Source: the human T2T-CHM13v2.0 reference genome, Homo sapiens
Assembly (NCBI RefSeq): GCF_009914755.1
Contig: NC_060926.1
DNA length: 64,000 nt
Reading direction: 5' to 3' (one strand)
Under the pieces are notes generated by a model that ran no database searches, had not been told where the DNA came from, and saw only the letters and a program-made list of their open reading frames with translations. The translations under genes and the position numbers were made by a program. Below are positions 32,652-51,512 of the stretch, piece by piece. Within the stretch, counting starts at the first letter, position 1. Each line of letters opens with the position of its first letter.

Positions 32652-34994
32652 TAAAGTAGGCATGAAGTAAGGGTCGAGGTCCAAGGGTGTGTGACACAAC
32701 ATTGCTACCATGTTATAGAGGGATATTCTAAACAAAATCTCTGCATTCTTACCCCATGAACCCTATCTTCAGCCTTTACCACTGGAAAGCATCTTTCTAA
32801 ATTCAAATCCTTGATTTGCTTCTGGTTTTGTAATAAAGTCATGAGCAATAGGAATGCAGCCAGCAATTACGTTTCTGCTTTTGTCTTAAATTGGAGACCA
32901 TGGAGCGACATCAATTAGCAGGAAATATACTGTTTCTTAAGAAAGTCTTTCATTTAACTTTCTTCTGTACTTAAAATTGGAAATATATTTAGCTTCTCTA
33001 AATATTTAGTTGTATGTGAACCAGTTGTTAAAGAATGTCTTAATTCTACAGTTAAGCTCACTCACATGTATGTATGTCTCATACATTAAAAATGTCATCC
33101 TGCTGTGTAGTTTTAAGAAATTACTTTTCAGAAGTAAAGACTTTAGGTATGATAATGATAATTTAGGAAATGATAATTTAGGAAAATTTTCTCAAGTACT
33201 CATCATTTTTAAAAATTCATAATTCAGAAATATTTTATTGGGAGACTAAAGACATTTATAGTATTTTCCCCCAGAGTGTCATATTTTTATAAAACAGGTT
33301 ATTATTAACAAATGATATAATTTGAAATAATTGGAAAGGTCCACTGGCCCTAAAATATGTCCCCTACAGCCTTCTTGGAACATAAAATGTCCAACTACGT
33401 ATTAGAATTTTCTTTGGGTTAATGGAGTATCCTCATAAAGGCTTAGTTTAATAGGAGTTATCACTCTGGGTTTTGCCAAGATTGCTTTAGAAGGAATGAG
33501 TTGGGTATGTTTTCAGTAGTCTTGGTGAAGACCCCAGAGGAAGAGCAGAGGGTAGGGATCTTGGTGGGAGAGAAGGGAGACACTCCCCTACCAGGGGCTC
33601 CAAAAGAGGGCTTTAGGTTGTAGGAAAGGTGGGCAAAGCCTGTCCTTTATAATAATAAAATGTTTAGTTAGAGGGGAGCCATATTTAAAACTATAGCACT
33701 AGACTTATCTCAGTTGTAAAATGGATATTATATAATAAGATGGAGGAAGTCATTCACATATGCTTTCTCTCTCTTTTTGAGCACAATACCAAAGTGTTTC
33801 CAGAATAATTTGGCACCTTCACTTCCTGCACAGACTTGGAGTAGAGTCCAGAAAACAGTCTAGTTGAATTCTCAGATGGGTTTTTGGCAAGAATACACAG
33901 TAGCTTTATACAGCTCATCTCTGATGCTTTTCACTGAGTGTCTGAAAGAAAAGGGAGGATTTGAGGACCTGATTTAAACAAGGAAGTAACCCAGTGACTT
34001 AAAGAGGAGTGTTGTGGAATTCGAATCCCAAAATAAAGCCCTACGTCGTTGACTTTTCAGCCATGGGAATAACCAGTTGCTTCATTGTGTGTTTTGTCAA
34101 AGTGCCTCAGCCATTTGGTCGGCCTGATGGTTACCTGCTGCCTCTATTCATAGTTTCTGCGTCCTTTCTTGTTGCCCGGCTGGTCAAACATGTGTAACGG
34201 TGCCCTGGGGCACCAAGCATGCCCTCGGGGAGCTAAATGCTGCCAGATGTAGGGAGCAAGGGTTGATTCACATAGCCATAATTTCAATAGCTAATTTTAC
34301 CTGTTTTCTTTTGGTTTTGGGTTTCCTTCTTAAAGAAAAACCCATTTGGAGTTGAGTTTTTCCCCCTTTAAATTGCAGTCTTATCTTGTTACCTCTAATC
34401 TCCCAGCCTCATCCCACTCCCGAAATAAAAGTGTGAGAAGAAAAGAATAGAAAAGATACGTGATTTATTAAGTCTGAGAGATTAATAGTTTTACTTTATG
34501 ATAAAATCAGTAAAATGTTTCTGTTTTACTGGATTCTGATTAGTATTCTTATTTCAAAGTGAAATTATGTTTCACTTGACTCAACCTTCCCTGTAGAAAT
34601 CATTTAGATAGAAATAGATCATCTTCTAGATAGATACTTTATGTAATCTCTGATTAGGAACACTGAATTTGTTGTTGAAAGCCCTATATTTTTTAACTCA
34701 CTCTTGAAAACTGGTTAAGTAGAAGGAAAGAATCAAGCCCTTAACTTGATATATCCTGTATGGAACTGAACCTCAGGATGACCAAATATTTGATGAAAGA
34801 AAGTTTCTCTTTTTAGAAGTATTTCTGCCAACAAATTAAGAAGGTCTGAGAGAATATCACCATTTGGCAAACCCCTCGTGAAATAATGAATCTATCTACT
34901 GGTCATCAATGGTTGCTAACATCACAAAAAGAGCCACAGCTATCAGAGCACACCACTGTCCATTAAATATTCTTGCCAAAAAAATTGAACTTGA

Positions 34995-35380
<386 letters not shown>

Positions 35381-35558
35381 TTAATTGACACCACCAAGAT
35401 ACAACTGGTAAGTTACAGAATGTGAGAAGTGCTAGGGACAAATTCATTTTCTTAACAAATAATTTACGAGAAAGAAAAAAGGGAGGAATTCATTAAAACT
35501 GGCATAAGAGACATAGCAATCAAGTACAATAGACCTTATTTGGCTCCTATTTTAATAA

Positions 35559-35869
<311 letters not shown>

Positions 35870-36012
35870 CATTTGTTTAATTTAAAAAAGAATATATGAC
35901 AAAAGGAGAATATCTAAAGGCTGATAAAATATTTGATGGTACTAAGGAACTATTGTTAATTTCTAAAGGTATAATATTATATTATTAAACCATTAAAAAG
36001 AGTTCTCATCAC

Positions 36013-36312
36013 AGGCCGGGTATGGTGGCTCACGGCCTCCAGCACTTTGGGAGGCCGAGGCGGGGGGGATCACGAGGTCAGGGATTTGGGACCAGCCTGG
36101 CCAACATGGTGAAACCCTGTCTCAACTAAAAATACAAAACATTAGCTGGCAGTGGTGGTGCGTGCCTGTAATCCCGGCTACTCGGGAGGCTGAGGTAGGA
36201 AAATCACTTGAACCCAGGAGGCGGAGGTTGCGGCGAGTGGAGATCATGCCATTGTACTCCAGTCTGGGCAACAGAGCAAGACTTCATCTCAAAAAAAAAA
36301 AAAAAAAAAAAA
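36013..36312 (+). mobile_element. AluS
   Basis: Sense dimer. Confidence 0.93.
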
Positions 36313-36619
36313 GTCCTCATCTTTTGGATGTACACATGGAAATATTTACAGTTGAAATTATATGATATCTGAATAGGCTTCAAAATTATCCAGTGGGAAG
36401 GGATGATGGTTATGGATGAAACAAGATTGGCCATCTATTGGCCATTGTTGAAGCTGAATGATAGATACATGGGGATTTGTTACACTAATCTACTTTTGTG
36501 TGTTTTTGAAATTTTCTATAATAAAAAGTTTTTAAAATAGGCTTAGGTAAATCCCAGATTTGCCACTTGTAAATTTGTGATCGTGGACAAATTCATTAGC
36601 CTCCATAAGTCTCAGTTTT

Positions 36620-36643
36620 TGTGTGTGTGTGTGTGTGTGTGTG
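36620..36643. repeat. (TG)n inside a MIR remnant
   Basis: Read directly from the sequence. Confidence 0.85.
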
Positions 36644-37329
36644 TTATTTCTGGTTAGGGCGTTGCCTATAAAATAGGTACAAGGTTATTTTCCCAGTTTA
36701 CCACCTGGTCCGGGTTGTTGTGCCAAACTTAATAATATGTATGATGTTACTTTGTAAATTGCCACAAATATATCAACTGTTTTATTATTATGAAGTTCCT
36801 GAAAGGATCCAGGTTTTCTGCTTAGAAAATTTAGTAGCTTTTTCTGCTTCAACAAGCAGTATGGCTGTCTACATAGATTATATCAACTAAAAAGCTCTGG
36901 AATAAGAATATAATTATGTATCCAACAAGGGTTTTATCAATTAGTTTGTAGTAATAGAGTAATTATAAGACTTCATTTTAAAAAATTTGCAAATATAAAT
37001 TTCTCATGGCCTAGTAAATTAAATGTCGTGTAGACAACTGTGCTATTAATGTTTTCCCTGTATAGTAAGAATTGTGAATTATTTCTGATTTCTTATTTTT
37101 CTTGATTGGAAGAAATTGCTTGAATTTAACACATCAATAAAGATTTTAAATTTATTCCTTCAAAATATAGAGAAACTCTGATTGTTAGAATTTTTTTCTT
37201 TTTTTTTTTTTTGTTGTTTTATTTTCTAATTCTGGCCTCATTTCTTCCTTCCTAACTCCCAGCATTTTATTGTGAAATATGTAGAGAGAAACGTGTAAAA
37301 GAAATATACAATTTAATGAATGATTATGA

Positions 37330-37678
<349 letters not shown>

Positions 37679-37861
37679 TACTGTACTGTGTTTTAAGAAA
37701 AATCAGAATATCACCAGCACCTCAGAAAACCTCTGCATGCTTCTTCCCAGTCCAAATCTCTTTCATCCCCTGGGTAGCCACTATCCTGACTTTAGTAGTA
37801 TTCACTTTCTTGCTTACCTTTATAGTTTTACCACTTGTGTATAGATTCCTAAACAGTGTGA

Positions 37862-38160
<299 letters not shown>

Positions 38161-38250
38161 ACTGATTTTTATATTTTAAGGATCCATTTATATTGTATCT
38201 GTAGTGAATTCATTTTTTTTGCTGTATAGTCTTCTGTTTTAAGAATTTAT

Positions 38251-38551
<301 letters not shown>

Positions 38552-38572
38552 TTACTGTAATTTATTCTGTAG

Positions 38573-38879
<307 letters not shown>

Positions 38880-39191
38880 CGTTTCCACCTTTTTCTATTA
38901 CAAACAGTCTGAGTATGTCTTTTGGATGCACTTCTGTATGCATTTCTTTTATGTGTATACCTAGGATTGAATTAGTGACTTCATAATTGACAGGCAGTTT
39001 TCCAAGGTGGTTGTACCAGTTGACTCTCCAGCAGTATTCGAGAGATCTTGTTTTCCCACATCTTCAACCTGTACTTGGCATTGTCAGACTTTTAAATGCT
39101 TTATTTTAAAATATTATTAGTAAAACAACATAGATAAGTTTACTGTTGTCTATTACTTACATGTACTTGTAATGTTAAAGTCTAGGTTTTA

Positions 39192-39539
<348 letters not shown>

Positions 39540-39714
39540 TCAGAGGTACAGAGACTCTTTCTGGTCATCGATATCTACTTGCTAAATTACGTCTTCCTAC
39601 CTAACAACTGCTACGCTAGAGACCAGAAAAAAAAATAGTAGAGCTTTAAAAAAGGAGAGAGCATTTTTGTACCTTTTTCACTTGTTGTGATATTAAACCT
39701 ATGAGTGATAGCTC

Positions 39715-39900
39715 AATTTATCAATTGCTACATGCCAGGCGCTGTGCTAATGAACTCTTAAGACATGTAAACTCATTTAATCTTTACAACAGTTTTTTAT
39801 TTCCCCATTTTTTAACAGATGAAGAAACTGAGGCATTAAATGGTTAAGTAACTTGCTGAAGATTGTAAGCTAGTAAATCATAGAGCCAGAGCTGAAGCTC
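39715..39900 (-). mobile_element. MIR
   Basis: ACAGATGAAGAAACTGAGGC ... GGTTAAGTAACTTGC. Confidence 0.8.
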
Positions 39901-41886
39901 AACAGTTGAGCTTCACTGGTTCCATCTGGGTTCTGAACACTTAATATCTAGACCTCCTACCCCGTTGGTGAGTTCTGGTTAGTGACATTAGTCCTCCAGA
40001 GCCACCATGTTTTGTCTCCGGGTGGCTGTATTTGAGCTTGACATGTTGTTTCTGGTGCTAACAGTTAGGAAAGCAGGGTTGCTTGAACTTCAAGACAGAG
40101 ACTTACTTCCTTTCACTTGTTGTAGAAGTTGAAAGAAGCTGAAGCAGCATGAGAATCCTGGCTCTGGGGCTGGTACAGCTATTACAGGAAGGGACAGGAC
40201 TTGGCCCTCTCTTCTCCTCTCTAGATTTTCCTGGGGGTACTCAGCCTTCATCTTCTGCCACTTAGGGTTTGAGTGGAAATGGCCGAGAATATGTGGTAGG
40301 AAGCAGTAAAGTGGACGTTTCAATTTCCTTAATTGTCCAAAAATGTGGAATATGTTATCCTTTAGAAACCATGTTGTAAATGGCAGCAACATTCCCAGGC
40401 CAGCTCAAAAAACCTATAATGTGGCCAAAATATATGCTTACAGCTGTATTGTTTCCTAGTTTTTTGTTTTCATTGCAATTGTGTAGCATTTTATTTGTCT
40501 TATGAGCTACTGGGCTAGCTGAGAACTTAGCCACATTGTTTATGTCGGAAAATGCATTCCAAACAGCTAAGACCACGTATTTATCTTAGTGTAGAGCTAA
40601 CTATCCATAGCTTAGATCATTGACTACCTGAACACTCTGCTCCAAGTAAACTGAACAATACCATCACCAATTTTTTGACGGTAAAGAGAAAAACATCTCA
40701 GTAAGATAGAGAAACATTTTCTATGGATTTACTGTGACCGAGACCAAATTTTAATTAGCTAGGATATTTTTTAAATTGTAGCATTATATAAATGCATCTG
40801 TTTTTCATTTGTTACATATGGGTTTTTATTTACCCACCCTCCTAAAACATTGAAATATATTCATGTAGCTACCTGAACCACTTGTAGATCTTCAGACTTG
40901 TGCGGCAAAAGGAATGATAATTATAATCTGCTTCAGGCTACAGGCTAGAATAATTCAAAAGGAAATGTGCATTACTAATGCAGCAGAGCTCATAAATTCT
41001 CAATGTCAGTTTGCCATTTATGCAGTCAGTCTGGTTGGCCAGAGGCAAAAAGACTAGGGTTACATAATATTTATGAGGTCTGAAGTTAGCCATCACCAAA
41101 GCCAAATATTGCCAGTGTTTCAGATTACTCATTAAAGTCAGCATCATCTAGTCACGCCAATGGAGTTGGGAGCAGGGTGGATTTGGTAGTGATGAAACAT
41201 TAGTTATAAGTATAAATTCTGTCCATTTTAGTCCACTACTACCTCCTTTACAGGATTTATAGCCTTCCTATTTTATATATTATCCCTGAGATGCCTACCT
41301 AAGGAGGGTTCCCATACCATTCTGCAAAAATCTACTTGCCACCTAAGGTTTCATAACACAAAAGTGGGAATGGGACTTTCTTTGCTCTGCATTGTTTCTC
41401 CAACCCTCTTCATGTTTAACTCCTGAGAAGACCTCCTGCCTCTCTGTACATCATCACAATGGCCAAGTCTCAAAAACTTTTAGATCCCAGCTAGCACCTT
41501 ATGTCATACTGTGCTCAGAAATAATTAAGTGTCCAGACCCATACTCTTGTGCTCTAGTGCACTTCAGGAGTTTGACTTGTATAGGGTAATGAGCAGCTAC
41601 AACTCCAGGCCTCAGGGTTACTCCCAGGAAACACTGTGGCTGTGAACTCCAAATTAAAAATGTGTGTACAATTGTACAGTTTCCAACATCAAGAAGCACT
41701 AGTCCCTGGGGCTGTTCATAACGGCTTTCTTTGTATTTTCACAAAAGAACAGTCCCAGAATTAAAATAACCCTTTCATTTCCTACACTTCACTTCTTAGA
41801 AGTCGTCAGGAAAGATGAGTTTTGGTATTATTGTTGATGGTGAGTTTTTTGTGGGGTGGGGGTGATGGAGCAAATACCTTTAAAAC

Positions 41887-42193
41887 TTTTTTTTGTTTTT
41901 TTTTGAGATGAACTCTCGCTCTATCGCCCAGGCTGGAGTGCAGGGGCTCCATCTCAGCTCACTGCAACCTCCGCCTCCCGGGTTCTAAAGCAATTCTCCT
42001 GCCTCAGCCTCCTGAGTAGCTGGGATTACAGGCACCCACCACCAGTAATTAGTCCCAGCTAATTTTTATATTTTTAGTAGAGGCGGGATTTCGCCATGTT
42101 GGCCAGGCTGGTCTCGAACTCCTGACCTCGTGATCTGCCCACCTTGGCCTCTCAGAGTGCTGGGATTACAGGCGTGAGCCACTGCACCCAGCC
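41887..42193 (-). mobile_element. AluS
   Basis: Antisense dimer. Confidence 0.93.
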
Positions 42194-42199
42194 AAAACC

Positions 42200-42474
42200 T
42201 TTTTTTGTTTTATTTTGTTTTGAGACAGAGTCTCGCCCTGTCGCCCAGGCTGGAGTGCAACTGCCTGCCGGGTTCAAGCGATTCTTCTGCCTCAGCCTCC
42301 TGAGTAGCTGGGATTACAGGCGCTCGCCATCACGCCCGGCTAATTTTTGTATTTTCAGTAGAGACGGGGTTTCACCATGTTGGCCAGGCTGGTCTCGAAC
42401 TCCTGACCTCGTGATCCACCCACCTCAGCCTCCCAAAGTGCTGGGATTACAGGCGTGAGCCACTGCGCCCGGCC
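42200..42474 (-). mobile_element. AluS with right-arm deletion
   Basis: GGAGTGCAA joined to CTGCCTGCCGGG. Confidence 0.9.
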
Positions 42475-42813
42475 GAAAACTTTTTATTAGTGAGAAAAGT
42501 TTTAAGGATTTCAGTTAAACCAGGATTATAGCTTAACTTTAAGGATTTCATTTTACCCCTTTCTCTACTTTTACCTATATTTAAAAATATTAAAAAGTCC
42601 GTTTTTTTCTGTCAACTATATGGCATAGTGATTTTCTTCCAGACTAGTAGGTGGAGTCGGAAGTAGTATTCTGAAACATGTGGAGGAAACTACATCAGGA
42701 GAGCATTTGCCCCAAGGGAGCAATAGTGAGAGGATTCCCCACACTCTCTTCGAAAATTTTAAGACATACTGCTACTCCCAGGGGGAGATCAAACTAAATA
42801 CACAGCGTTTTAG

Positions 42814-43358
<545 letters not shown>

Positions 43359-43398
43359 TTATATAAAGCAAAAACAAACAAACAAAAAACCCACTTAA

Positions 43399-43756
<358 letters not shown>

Positions 43757-43941
43757 TCATGAAACAACTAAAAAAGATCATGTAGATCTATATTGTTTTG
43801 TTAGAGACAGGACCCCTAACACTGAAGACTGGTTGCCCCCAACTCAAGCCAGATACATAATTCAAAACCAAACAAAACTAAGCTTTAAATAAGTAAATAC
43901 AGAATAAGAATATAAAAACGTTTTAATTTCCTTACTCTAAT

Positions 43942-43947
<6 letters not shown>

Positions 43948-43994
<47 letters not shown>
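43948..43994. repeat. (TA)n microsatellite
   Basis: Read directly from the sequence. Confidence 0.95.
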
Positions 43995-43997
<3 letters not shown>

Positions 43998-44016
43998 CAT
44001 CCCCCAAAAGAAATGA

Positions 44017-44349
<333 letters not shown>

Positions 44350-44355
44350 TAAAAA

Positions 44356-45350
44356 ATATATGTATATATACATATGTATGTGTACATGTGTACACATATA
44401 CATATGTATGTGTACATGTGTACACATATACATATATACATATGTATGTGTACATGTGTACACATATACATATATACATATGTATGTGTACATGTGTACA
44501 TATATACATATATACATATGTATGTGTACATGTGTACATATATACATATATACATATATACATATGTATGTGTACATGTGTACATATATACATATATACA
44601 TATATACATATGTATGTGTACATGTGTACATATATACATATGTATGTGTACATGCGTACATATATACATATATACATATGTGTGTGTACATGTGTACATA
44701 TATACATATATACATATGTATGTGTACATGTGTACATATATACATATATGTGTGTATGTGTACATGTGTACATATATACATATATGTGTGTATGTGTACA
44801 TGTGCACATATATACATGTATGTGTGTATGTGTACACATATACATATGTGTATGTGTATATGTGTACACATATACATGTGTGTATGTGTATATGTGTACA
44901 CATATACGTGTGTGTGTATATGTGTACACATATACGTGTGTGTGTATATGTACACATATACGTGTGTGTGTGTATATGTACACATATACGTGTGTGTGTA
45001 TATGTACACATATACGTGTGTGTGTGTATATGTACACATATACGTGTGTGTGTGTATATGTACACATATACGTGTGTGTGTGTATATGTACACATATACG
45101 TATGTGTGTATATATGTACATATATGTGTATATGTGTAAATATATACATATATGTGTATGTGTACATATGTATACATATATGCGTACATGTGTATACACG
45201 TATGCGTACCTGTGTATATATATGCGTACATGTGCATACATATGTGTGCGTGTGTACACATATATGTGTATGTGTGTACACGTGTACACATATATGTGTA
45301 TATATATACGTGTGTGTGTACATATATTTACATACATATATATATATATA
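44356..45350. repeat. ~1-kb alternating purine/pyrimidine VNTR (TA/CA/TG higher-order units)
   Basis: Units such as TATACATATGTATGTGTACATGTGTACA and TATACGTGTGTGTGTATATGTACACA. Confidence 0.95.
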
Positions 45351-45465
45351 TTTTTTTTTTAGGATACAGGATCTCACTTTGTTCCCCAGGCTGGTCTCAA
45401 ACTCCTGAGCTCAAGCAATCTTCCCATCTCAGCCTCCCAAGTAGCTGGGATTATAGGCACCCAGC
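45351..45465 (-). mobile_element. Alu monomer (FLAM/FAM-like)
   Basis: Short antisense arm. Confidence 0.75.
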
Positions 45466-46018
45466 TATGAGAAATATTTTAAATATCAGATCCTTACAAA
45501 AAAAATAGTATTCTTTTATTGGAACTTCACTTGGTTTGCACTTCCAACACCTGTTAGTTTATCCAGTCAGGCACTCCATATTTGGAAGGAAGGAGGATAA
45601 TATTTGGGGAGAGGAAAGGTAAGAGAGGGGTGAGTTGGCAGTGATGGAAAGCAAAGTCAACCCCACTTGGTCACGACTCACTAACCTCCAATGGAGAAAG
45701 TGTGTGAGTCTGCATGTATGTTTGATTTTTGATACATGAAAGAACATAAAAATATGACATTAGACTATTATACTTCAATTTTTAAAACTTAAGTTTTTTA
45801 AAGAAAAGTACGTTTAATGTTTTACAAAAATTATTTTATTTATATTTAATAGCATTATATTCCATTATAAAAATTTCATTTATTGTAGCAACCAAGGAGT
45901 TAAAAAAAACCAAGGATAGACAAATAACAAGAAATGTACAAGGCCTGTATGGAGAAAACATTAGATCTCCAGTGATGGACATTTAAGAACACTGTAGGAA
46001 ATGTGAAGGCATTTCTTA

Positions 46019-46337
<319 letters not shown>

Positions 46338-46515
46338 TTATAGTCATATTGTCCTTAGATTAATCCATAAATTCAATGTAAACCCAATTTTGTGGCCAAA
46401 AACACTTTAAATATGGTGGAAATACAAAAAGCAAGCTGAAAAGATAGTTGAAACAGTGTAGTACACACATTTAATATTTGTAATTCACAGAATACTCTTA
46501 AAAATAAGTCAGGTG

Positions 46516-47142
<627 letters not shown>

Positions 47143-47159
47143 TAAATCAGGTGAAAAAC

Positions 47160-47916
<757 letters not shown>

Positions 47917-47925
47917 GGATCATTC

Positions 47926-47981
<56 letters not shown>

Positions 47982-48042
47982 ATATGTATATATGTATATA
48001 TGTGTGTATATATGTATATATATGTGTATGTATATGTATATA

Positions 48043-48101
<59 letters not shown>
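47926..48101. repeat. (TG)n/(TA)n compound microsatellite
   Basis: Read directly from the sequence. Confidence 0.95.
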
Positions 48102-48103
<2 letters not shown>

Positions 48104-49640
48104 CGGAATTCTTTAGTGGTGATTTGTGAGATTTTGGTGCACCTATGCTGCTGTGTATTTTTATACATACGATAAGCCTGACCCTACTCTTGGGGCTCAG
48201 CCTCATTTAGAGCTGGGCTTCCCAAATTTTATTTTTTTTTTCTGGAATCAAAAAAGTTTCAAAGATTGCCATGTAATGCTTTTTTTTTTTTTTAATTACA
48301 CTTTGGTATCTCAGAAATCTCTTTCTGTGAGTGTTTACTTCGATTCTGAAAATAGAGCTAGGGTCTTGAAGTGGTTTCTGAATAAATGATGAAACATATG
48401 TTCAAAGTCTGTAACTCTTCCTTCTCCTTAACCACATCCTAGATAATCCACTGATGGAAAGTGTCATTTGTGTGAATAGATTCTCTAGTTTTAGTTTTCA
48501 AGGACTTTTTTTTTCATTTTAGCTGTCTGGATGATTAATGTGACTAGGAAAATACTGTTGACCCATTTAAATCATGTCAGACAACATCCATTGCTCATCT
48601 ACATAATGAAATACACACTGAACATTACAGCTTAAGTGTGGGAGGCAGTGAACTACAAAATAATGTTTTAGTCATTTAGATTATGAAATAAAATATAAGA
48701 TATTAGGACTAACTATAGCATTAAATATTAAACTCTTCAAATGGTAATTGTCAGTAAAAACAACTTTTAAACCAAAACAACTAGTAGCATTTCTGCTTTA
48801 GTAGTTAATTAGAGGAAGTGGAGGTGGTTGCATGCAACAGTATTAATTTAAGAAAAGTCTTTATGTGAAAGTGTCTGTTAATATTACTTGACTATTATGG
48901 GACTTACTGTAAATAGTTGAGTTTTTCAGTTAATCAGTGGTTGTGAAATAATAGTTTTCTGACAAAATTAGAAAAATTTGTTTGACATTTTTATCATAGT
49001 TTCATTAAACGGTCTCCGCATAATTTTAAAGATAACTAATTTATAGCTGAAACTATTTCAATCAATGATCTAATAACAAAGATAAGCTTTGACAGCTTTA
49101 AAAATATTTAAATTTTGTAAGGACATCATTTGCACAGTGATTAAATAAATGCAAAATTTAAAGGTACTGAATTTAGGCTATCAGGTTTCCATGGTTACAC
49201 CTTTCCAAGTTATTTTGTGTGTTGTGTAAATAGGTCTGTGAGTCACTGGTAATTATTTGTTTTTTTGTTTGTTCTGTTGGTAATTCTGTGTTTAGCTGAA
49301 TTTAATACAGTTCACACGGCGTGCTTTGGTTTATGTATATTTTAGTGTTTGTGATTGACAGTGATTGAGCATTTCTTATGGAGTGCTTGCCTTTTTTGTC
49401 ATAAGTGATGTATGTTGGTAGTGCTTGAAATGTAAATAAGTTCTTCCTGTATCACTGTTTAATAAACAGGAATTTTTATGCAAAGAAGACTTCTTGATAC
49501 ATTTAAACAATAAGGTTTGTTGAGCTCTGAAATATTTCTGCTAAACAGATTGTGCACCAAGACAAATAGGTTTAAATTCTTACAAACTGAGGTTACCAGG
49601 GGCAACATTAAAGTTTATGGCTAAGCACAGCATTGACTGA

Positions 49641-49971
<331 letters not shown>

Positions 49972-50574
49972 AAAATAGCAGCATTCTGATCTAACTCTTA
50001 AAATTGTTTGTGATAGTACACTTTACAGGGAATGTCTTCAATGCAAAGTAGAATCTTCCTATAACATAATTTCTCCCATCCCACCCTTTGCACAAATTTA
50101 AGAAGTATTCTTATATGTTTAGAAAGATATGATTCTTGAAAAAAGCCAGGGCCTTTTATGGATGTAGGAAGGAATTTTCCTTAGACCTCACCATTAACCA
50201 TCAGCATACTAGCAAGGGCCCAGCAGGAACTCTCAGGAAAACATCAAAATTAGGCTGTCCGTAATTCATCCTACTGAGTGTGAGCCTTCTCTCATACACT
50301 ACAATCATGAAATGCTGTCCAGTTTGTAAAGTGTTTCTACATCTGCAGTCTCATTTGGGGTTCAGGTTGGCCCTGTGATGGAGTGAGGAGAGGCCCAGTG
50401 CTTTGGATGGTGTCACTTTTAAGTAGCAGCTCTGGGACCCAACCTAGGATCTCATGATTACTTTGTGAATTACTTGCTTTGTGGATTATCCAAGGCACAT
50501 TTTAAAATTCAGGCTGGTTTCTACCTACTGATTAGTCCATTTTAGAGTGACCTCCTCCCACAGTCAGGTAACCA

Positions 50575-50730
50575 ATGATAGTAATTACCATTTATTGAGT
50601 GCTTACCTTATGCCACTTTCGATATATCATGTCATACAATTATCATAGCAACCCTGTGAGGAAGGTATTATTATCCACATTAACAAATGAAGAAACTAAG
50701 GCTTAAAGAATTTAACTAACTTGTTTAAGT
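50575..50730 (-). mobile_element. MIR
   Basis: CCATTTATTGAGTGCTTAC ... CAACCCTGTGAGG ... ATGAAGAAACTAAGGCT. Confidence 0.8.
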
Positions 50731-51209
50731 AAACCAATAGTACTCAGAGAAGGAAAACCAATTTAAACAAGAGCTCAAGTGAATATAAATAGGAAGGCAT
50801 ATCTTTTGGAGGAAATTCTCATGGTGCATTCACAAGCAAAATATAAAATTTTAAATTTCACACTGTTTCCTTCTTTTTTACCCCCAAATTGACTATACGT
50901 TATTAGGCATTGAAGAGTTGAGGTTTCTTTGTAACACTCCAGTAGAAGCATACTTCAAAAAGTGTCCCATCCCCTCAGACAATAAATATGTTTCAAATGT
51001 TTTACACATCAAATATTTTGGTATTGTGGCAATATTAAAAACTTTAAATATGAGATGATGAATTTGTCATTTTACTGTGTGAATAATCTTGGTGTTGGCT
51101 AAGGTTTTCAAGTAATGTGTTTTCAGATATGAGAAGCAAGCAGCCTGCTATATACAGATAAAGAGTACATGTTTTTTTGGTGGTTGGGGTGGTTTTAATT
51201 TTTAACGTT

Positions 51210-51512
51210 TTTAAATTTTTATTTTATTTTAACTTTTTTAAGGCAGGGTTTCGCTCTGTTGCCTAGGCTGAAGTGCAGCAGCGCAATCTTGGCTCACTGC
51301 AACCTCTGCCTCCTGGGCTCAAACGGTCTTCCCACCCCAACCTCCCAAGTAGCTGGGACTACAGTTGTGTGCCACCATGCCTGGCTAATGTTTGTATTTT
51401 TTGTAGAAACAAGGTTTCACCATGTTTCCCAGGCTGGTCTCAAATTCCTGGACTCAAGCGATTCACAGGCCTTAGTCTCCCAAAGTGCTGGGTTTATAGG
51501 CGTCAGCCTGGC
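51210..51512 (-). mobile_element. AluJ
   Basis: Antisense dimer; TA-rich low-complexity tract follows at ~51570-51700. Confidence 0.9.
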
